From IMG/VR virus record IMGVR_UViG_3300032782_000001, positions 62,001 through 126,000 of that record: a stretch of DNA of 64,000 bases. One strand, written 5' to 3'. A program made the position numbers and the translations under genes. Shown in pieces: positions 58,287 to 64,000 of this stretch. The notes under the pieces are model-generated. The model was not told where the DNA came from, searched no databases, and saw nothing but the letters and a program-made list of their open reading frames with translations. Within the stretch, counting starts at the first letter, position 1; each line of letters starts with the position of its first letter.

Positions 58287-59123
58287 ATGGCGAAGACTCC
58301 TCCTTATCCTTTCCTCAAATGGGCTGGCGGGAAAGGCCGAGTCGCGTCACGAATTTTGGCGCGACTCCCTGAATCGATCAATACTTATTACGAACCATTT
58401 CTTGGTGGAGGAGCTATTTTCTTTGAATTGGCAAAAGAAAAGCGGTTCAAGCGTGCCGTCTTATCTGATATGAATCCGGCACTCATCAACTGTTGGCAAG
58501 TCATTCAAGCCAATGTTGAATCTCTGATCCGTGAGCTCCAAAAGTCCCAGTATAAGTATGAAAAGAAGACGTATTTGAAAATCCGAGCAGCTGATATTTC
58601 GACATTTTCAGACGTCCAAAAGGCTGCCAGGACTATTTACCTCAATAAGACTTGTTTCAATGGTCTTTATCGAGTAAATAGTCAAGGCAATTTCAACGTA
58701 CCTTTTGGCAAATACTCCAACCCAACGATTTGTGATGAATCTAATCTCACGGCCGTAAGTCAAGCTCTAAAAGGCGTTGAGATCAAAATTTGCGAGTTCA
58801 ATGTCGCGGAGAAAGCCAAGATTGGAGATGCGGTGTATTTCGATCCTCCGTATCTACCAATTTCGGCTACTTCGAAATTCACGGCATATACTGAATTAGG
58901 ATTCGGGTTGGAAGATCACGAAAAACTTGCTGGACTTTTCCAACATATCGGTAAGAAAGGTGTTAGATGTGTCCTTTCCAATTCAGCGGCGAAGAAAGCT
59001 ATTGAGTTATACTCGGATTTCGACATGGATAAATTCATTGGAACTAGGTCAGTCGGTGGTCCAGTAGATTTCCGGAAACCCGCTGGCGAAATCATTGTGT
59101 TCAATGGACCGAAAACAAAGTAA
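58287..59123 (+). CDS. dam: DNA adenine methyltransferase (Dam/D12 family)
   Basis: LKWAGGK, EPFLGGGA, FNGLYRVN, FNVPFG, YFDPPY. Confidence 0.95.
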   Translation: MAKTPPYPFLKWAGGKGRVASRILARLPESINTYYEPFLGGGAIFFELAKEKRFKRAVLSDMNPALINCWQVIQANVESLIRELQKSQYKYEKKTYLKIRAADISTFSDVQKAARTIYLNKTCFNGLYRVNSQGNFNVPFGKYSNPTICDESNLTAVSQALKGVEIKICEFNVAEKAKIGDAVYFDPPYLPISATSKFTAYTELGFGLEDHEKLAGLFQHIGKKGVRCVLSNSAAKKAIELYSDFDMDKFIGTRSVGGPVDFRKPAGEIIVFNGPKTK

Positions 59124-59132
59124 AGGTTCCTA

Positions 59133-59378
59133 ATGATTGACATCATTGAAACACAATCTTTCCGTGTGGATGGATTAGTTCTAATTGAAGAATCCGGAGC
59201 TGTCTGGCGAACTTTCAGTAGGCCATGGTGGGATATTTCTTCCTGGTTTTGGTGGTGGCTTTGTCCTGGTAGAAAGAAGATGATCATCACCAAGCATAAC
59301 GACGGCCGTCGGACGCGAGTCCGTGCGGTAAGAATAGCGAAATCGTACCTACATATTGGGTCTAAATCGCGAACGTAA
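59133..59378 (+). CDS. Trp-rich hypothetical protein
   Basis: 81 aa ORF. Confidence 0.55.
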   Translation: MIDIIETQSFRVDGLVLIEESGAVWRTFSRPWWDISSWFWWWLCPGRKKMIITKHNDGRRTRVRAVRIAKSYLHIGSKSRT

Positions 59379-59407
59379 ATTCCAATTATTGCGATGTAAT
59401 TACGTTC

Positions 59408-60787
59408 GTGAACCATGATACGAAGATCGCCATGATTCTTCATGCGGCGAGGTCTTTAGTATCGAGGAAGCAACCCGCTTCCGTTATTGAAATTTTTGCT
59501 GGCTTCGTTAATCCTACCAGCAACAAGCCGATTAGCTCAAGCAGAAAACACGCATTATTGGACCATTGGGTGTCCAATGGATGGGTTTCGCGAAGGCGTG
59601 TGAAAGGGATCGATCATTATTCGGCGCTCTCCGTTTCAGACTTGGAGGCGGTTGTAGAAGTACACGAGGAAGAAGAAGCAGACATGAAAAGAAAGCGCTA
59701 CAGTCGTCTGTCCGAAGAGCTACACGGTAAAGGGCTAGTAGCCGTACGCGCTTTGAAGAAACTTCTATCCGACGAAACTCCTCAACCACGCACTAGTCTA
59801 TTCACCGTCTATCGAGGAGATAAGTTCCAAGAACGAGCAGCTCTGAGTCCTCCATGGCAAATGGAACTTCTCCAAGTTCTTACAGGGAATGGAGTCGTTG
59901 TGAAAATCGACGGCAATCCCACTCTTTACAAGATTGGAGACCATGAAGCGGCCCAAAATCTTGTAGAAGGGATTGAGCATCCATGCATCATTTCTCTCAT
60001 TGATCCTAACACTCCATGTGGGTTGGATCATGAGTCTATGAGACAGAGGAAACTGAACAAAGAACGTACTCTGAATGTGAAGGTTCCCACTCATGAGTCT
60101 ATCCCCGAAGAGGAGCTTCCTACAGAATCTATCGTGACTACGTCCGAATCGGTCATTGATCAAGCTCCCGCGTTTCCAGCCGCTGTTCCAGCCGAATCGA
60201 TCGAAGAAGAACCCAAGGATAAACTTCAAGAGAAAGAGGACGGTCTCCTTGAGACTATCCTTGAGCAAGTCTTAGATTCGATGAAAGCGCAAAATGCACT
60301 CAGTGAGCGCATTGCGAATCATGTGAAAGATCTCGGTGGGTACATGAAATCTACGAATGACTTCATGCATACGACCAAGGAGTCACTGAAGCATATTGAT
60401 CAGAGAATCGTCAGATTGGAAGAATTAATTCGTTCGTCTAATTCTGATTCTAAGCAGAAGGCCGTTTCGAAATTAGAAGAGAAAATGATTCATGACGTCA
60501 TTTCCAAATGTGACGAATCGGTCCGATTGGCGACGCAGTCTACTATAACGAGCTTGAAGATTGAAATCGGCTCGATGAAATCTGGATTCCAATCAATGGA
60601 ATCGGCCATTGCAGAAGTGGCTGCGTCCATGGCATCCATTTCAGCACACATTCAAAAACCTCGCTCGAAAATGTCCAGGAAGGCCCGATGGGGTCACATC
60701 CTCGGGCGTCTCGATGTAGTTGTGAACGATCTTGACACCTTGAAGGAGTTGGCATTGGAAACTGTTCCGGGTTCCAATTCTTCATAA
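59408..60787 (+). CDS. large protein, possible winged-helix N-terminus, coiled-coil C-terminus
   Basis: 459 aa; shares a segment with the 62159 gene. Confidence 0.7.
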   Translation: MNHDTKIAMILHAARSLVSRKQPASVIEIFAGFVNPTSNKPISSSRKHALLDHWVSNGWVSRRRVKGIDHYSALSVSDLEAVVEVHEEEEADMKRKRYSRLSEELHGKGLVAVRALKKLLSDETPQPRTSLFTVYRGDKFQERAALSPPWQMELLQVLTGNGVVVKIDGNPTLYKIGDHEAAQNLVEGIEHPCIISLIDPNTPCGLDHESMRQRKLNKERTLNVKVPTHESIPEEELPTESIVTTSESVIDQAPAFPAAVPAESIEEEPKDKLQEKEDGLLETILEQVLDSMKAQNALSERIANHVKDLGGYMKSTNDFMHTTKESLKHIDQRIVRLEELIRSSNSDSKQKAVSKLEEKMIHDVISKCDESVRLATQSTITSLKIEIGSMKSGFQSMESAIAEVAASMASISAHIQKPRSKMSRKARWGHILGRLDVVVNDLDTLKELALETVPGSNSS

Positions 60788-60827
60788 ATTACTGAGCTTT
60801 CAGCGTAAACTTGCATGGAGGTAAACC

Positions 60828-61247
60828 ATGAGTTTGCGCAATGCAATCCAAAGCATCGTTCGTGAAATGTTGGGATCCGATATCCGACGGCTCGTGAAGG
60901 AGATCCTTCTCGAAGAGCTCGAGGAACCGAATGAAACCCCACCCGCACCTGCATTGAACCCGAGGTCGGAAGCTGCGAAAAGGGCCGCAGCCGCTCGCGT
61001 TTCTAACCAGAAAAAGAAGAATCCACTGAAATTGCCGAAGGAGGCATTGAACCTCGGTCTGGAAGTTGGTCAATCTTGGACGGGAAAGCCGTACATGAAG
61101 GGCCTCGTGGGTCGCGTGATCGAGATCACGTCCATTGATGCCACCGGTTGCGGGACCGTGGTGAAGAAGAGCAATTCCAAGCATCCGCAAGCCAAGCACG
61201 TTTCTTTCGAGCGGCTCCGGAAGAGCTACGTTCGTGTAACTCCATGA
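60828..61247 (+). CDS. hypothetical protein
   Basis: GGAGG SD. Confidence 0.7.
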   Translation: MSLRNAIQSIVREMLGSDIRRLVKEILLEELEEPNETPPAPALNPRSEAAKRAAAARVSNQKKKNPLKLPKEALNLGLEVGQSWTGKPYMKGLVGRVIEITSIDATGCGTVVKKSNSKHPQAKHVSFERLRKSYVRVTP

Positions 61248-62125
61248 GTCTACGAGACGTTATAAGACGAATCGTACTCCAAGAGATTCGTGAATTGGTG
61301 GTGGAAGCCGTCCAGGTTTCCACCACTGATCCGAGACCTGACATAATTCCGGCCCGGAAACGGTCTGTCCTTTACAAAGGTGATAGCTGGGCGAAGAAAT
61401 CAGTTCGCCTTCGAGTCTGGGAAGCGGTTTTGTTGAGTCTTGGGCGACAAAGATTCCAAGCTGGCCCCCATCTCTTCTTAGCATCTCGAGAAGGCGGAGA
61501 TGCATCGGTGCTCCGTGCACTAGGGGCTCCAGATAGATCCATGATCGCTGTGGATTGGGATGAGGAGGCCATCTCAGAATTTAAAAAGATCTACCCAGGA
61601 ATCCGGACTGCATCCGATGACGTAGCTAATGTTTTGGTATCGGAAGATTCCTTTGCTTCTGTTCATTTGGATCTCACGTCTCAAATTACAGAATCTTATC
61701 TCGCAAGAATAATTTTAGCCTCAAAGAAGATCATGCCAGGCGGCGTTATTGCTTGCGCGTTCACAGTTGGACGCGAGAAAAGCTTCCAGAAAAGCATCAA
61801 CGGTTGCGCATATGACGCGCGCCTGGGGACTGTGTTGGACAGTATCCGGTCTTCCATTGGGTATAAACCAAGGGTCCTTCTTCAATTCAAGTATAGAAGC
61901 GATTCTATTCACGGAATTGGCACCAATATGTGCGTTCTTGTCGTTCAAATGGTTCCCTTTATCGAGCCGGCTCCGAAGCTCCAATCCATTTCTGTGTATG
62001 ATTTCTATCGAGATATCGAACGTCATGTTAATTCCCGTTCGTTGAATCTCTTCATTAACTGTAGTCAGTCCAAGACTGAAGAGCTTCGAGCACGAGTGAT
62101 GATGTATCCTCCTCCTCGAGCATAA
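61244..62125 (+). CDS. possible class I SAM-methyltransferase-fold protein
   Basis: LFLASREGGD, IAVDWDEEA, VHLDL, IMPGG spacing. Confidence 0.5.
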   Translation: MSLRDVIRRIVLQEIRELVVEAVQVSTTDPRPDIIPARKRSVLYKGDSWAKKSVRLRVWEAVLLSLGRQRFQAGPHLFLASREGGDASVLRALGAPDRSMIAVDWDEEAISEFKKIYPGIRTASDDVANVLVSEDSFASVHLDLTSQITESYLARIILASKKIMPGGVIACAFTVGREKSFQKSINGCAYDARLGTVLDSIRSSIGYKPRVLLQFKYRSDSIHGIGTNMCVLVVQMVPFIEPAPKLQSISVYDFYRDIERHVNSRSLNLFINCSQSKTEELRARVMMYPPPRA

Positions 62126-62158
62126 ATCGACCTGAAGGTCGAGTATGTATTGGGACTC

Positions 62159-63442
62159 ATGGGAATGTACGAAGAAGCTTCCAAGCGGAAGGCGCTCGCT
62201 GTCAGGGCTCTTCGTTCTCTTCTTGTAAGTCAGAAACCCCTTGAAATGGATGCTATTTTCATGCTTCCAGGGGAAGCTTATGAACGTCGAGATTCTCCCA
62301 ATCGGGCCTGGCAGAACGAATTCATGGCTTCTTTGATCGGAAGCGGGATTGTTCAAGAGCACTCGAAAAATAAGGGACGATCCATGTTTGTCTTAAAGAA
62401 CCCGGATCGTGTTATCCAGCTCTTGAAAGACGAAAACGCGGGTGGTGATGAGTTAGCAGAACTCGTCACCGAGACGTCTGAAAATGCTCAGTGGTCTAAG
62501 ACCGGACAGTCTAACGTCACTCGGACAGCTAAGGGGATCCCTCTTACCAGCAAACCATTTCATAATCTTCCCAGTCTTCTCAAGACGCCAGAATCCACTA
62601 AGACTAATGTAAACGTCACTGTATTCGGCCTCAACGATGATATGAATGTGGAAACTGAAGACGGAGGGAAATTCGAGACTGAGGAAGAGACTGAGGAGAC
62701 TGAAGAATCAGATGACGAATCTGAGACTTCAGGAAATGAAGTTCCGCCAACTTATCAGTGGCCTACTGTCATTCTTGATTATGTTGAAGCCACTAATAAG
62801 CAATATGTTTCCACTTCAGAGATCGCAGTTCACGCTCTCAAGTTTTCGCCTTCCAACGTCAACGTTTCTGTCCTGAGAGCCATTGGCGGAGTGCTTCGCA
62901 ATAATGGTTGGCGAAATGGGAAATCTAAACCTAATGATGGTTCTAGGCCTATAAGGATTTGGATCCGAAAGGGTTCGCCGGATCCTCAAAACTATGACCT
63001 TCCCGGTTCTTCCCATTCAGAGTATGAGACCGAATCTAACTCACGTGATTCCATTGTTCCGACAGCGATTCCTGGTGTTCAAACCATCACTCAGACCAGT
63101 CTTGATTCTATTCAGAATACTCTTTCTGAACTTCAAGATCTGCAGGCTAGGGTATGTGAGAATCTAATCTACGTCAGGGATAGTGTAAACACTCTTCACG
63201 ATAGAATGGAAAGTCTGGAAACTAAACTGGACAGATTGGAAGCCGATAGAAGCACGGATCTAGACTCTGCTCTTGTAAATTCCATGCGTAAAGAAGTAAG
63301 GGCAGCAATGGAAGAGGCAGTAAGTCAGATTGAGACCGGGCGTTCGGCACGCGCCATGGCTGCTGCAGGGAAACTGTCCAGCGAAATCGCAAGTCTCCGC
63401 GATCTCATTCAAAACGCGATGGACGGAGACGAAGATGAATGA
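62159..63442 (+). CDS. large protein with acidic linker and coiled-coil C-terminus
   Basis: ~430 aa ORF. Confidence 0.7.
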   Translation: MGMYEEASKRKALAVRALRSLLVSQKPLEMDAIFMLPGEAYERRDSPNRAWQNEFMASLIGSGIVQEHSKNKGRSMFVLKNPDRVIQLLKDENAGGDELAELVTETSENAQWSKTGQSNVTRTAKGIPLTSKPFHNLPSLLKTPESTKTNVNVTVFGLNDDMNVETEDGGKFETEEETEETEESDDESETSGNEVPPTYQWPTVILDYVEATNKQYVSTSEIAVHALKFSPSNVNVSVLRAIGGVLRNNGWRNGKSKPNDGSRPIRIWIRKGSPDPQNYDLPGSSHSEYETESNSRDSIVPTAIPGVQTITQTSLDSIQNTLSELQDLQARVCENLIYVRDSVNTLHDRMESLETKLDRLEADRSTDLDSALVNSMRKEVRAAMEEAVSQIETGRSARAMAAAGKLSSEIASLRDLIQNAMDGDEDE

Positions 63443-64000
63443 TTTGACCAAAATGATTTCCTCTTACAAGGGGAACTCCAAATCAATGACGGAAAGACAG
63501 AAAGCAGAGCTGGAGAGTCAACTCTGGGCGAGTTATACCGCCTCTTCCGGTAAATCTTCAAATGGTTCCAGTCGAGAATGGTTGGTGACTGTTCTTGGTG
63601 GGAAGAGTAGGGATTATGAACTTCGTTTCACCTTGTGGAACGCTGGTGAATGGGTACAGCCACTATGGGATTTACTTGAAAACGGAATGCCGAGAACCAC
63701 TGCCGTTCGACTCATGCGAGAGGCGCGCAGTAATGCATCTCTGAATCGGGTATCTCTCGCCGTATCTTTGCAGGCTGTGCTCGCCGCGTACAATGAATCA
63801 GGGTACGAAGCACGAACCCCGGAGGGGAAGACTTACAGGCGGACATCTCCTGGTCAGAAGTCTCAACAAGAAACGGAGTCGGAATCAAATCCTATCTTTG
63901 ATTCCGATCAGTTCCAGATCACCAGGTCCAAAAAGTTCCGAGATAAGCTCGTGGCTCTGACGAGCGAATATGTTAGGACTAGTCTTACTGATTATCCCAA
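63435..64000 (+). CDS. hypothetical protein, runs off the window end
   Basis: ATG overlapping the upstream stop (MNDLTKMISSY...); appears open to the end. Confidence 0.55.
   Translation, partial: MNDLTKMISSYKGNSKSMTERQKAELESQLWASYTASSGKSSNGSSREWLVTVLGGKSRDYELRFTLWNAGEWVQPLWDLLENGMPRTTAVRLMREARSNASLNRVSLAVSLQAVLAAYNESGYEARTPEGKTYRRTSPGQKSQQETESESNPIFDSDQFQITRSKKFRDKLVALTSEYVRTSLTDYP

Overview
This window looks like part of a large (jumbo) bacteriophage genome. It is gene-dense, has many small orphan ORFs, and contains no capsid or replicase core. The host cannot be determined from the sequence. Main contents: (1) About 33 unrelated small and medium ORFs on both strands end in the same C-terminal heptapeptide, [VI]-x-x-[VI]-M-x-x-stop, mostly 'VMES', 'VMDS' or 'IMES'. 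This is a candidate undescribed protein-tagging or docking system. (2) A full-length major vault protein (MVP) homologue. (3) A minus-strand operon encoding PP2C phosphatase, Ser/Thr kinase, nicotinamidase, vWA protein, nucleotidyltransferase and HAD nucleotidase, with a nicotinate phosphoribosyltransferase elsewhere. (4) An ~18 kb translation and RNA-repair island (35.0-53.2 kb). It holds about 52 tRNA genes covering all 20 amino acids, a tRNA-Asn with a group I intron, a divergent EF-Tu, a mini EF-Ts-like protein, a catalytic-only HisRS-like gene, homing endonucleases and an M16 peptidase. It also has a cluster of seven tRNA-mimic RNAs that carry one conserved, covarying module in three topologies, one of them resembling YrlA Y RNA. 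(5) RtcB, a PLD nuclease, a Dam methylase and collagen-like fibre genes. Many genes appear to be transcribed leaderless from TAnnnT-N5/6-ATG. Several single-base indels between 40 and 52 kb may be assembly errors. All calls come from reading motifs by eye; no searches were run.
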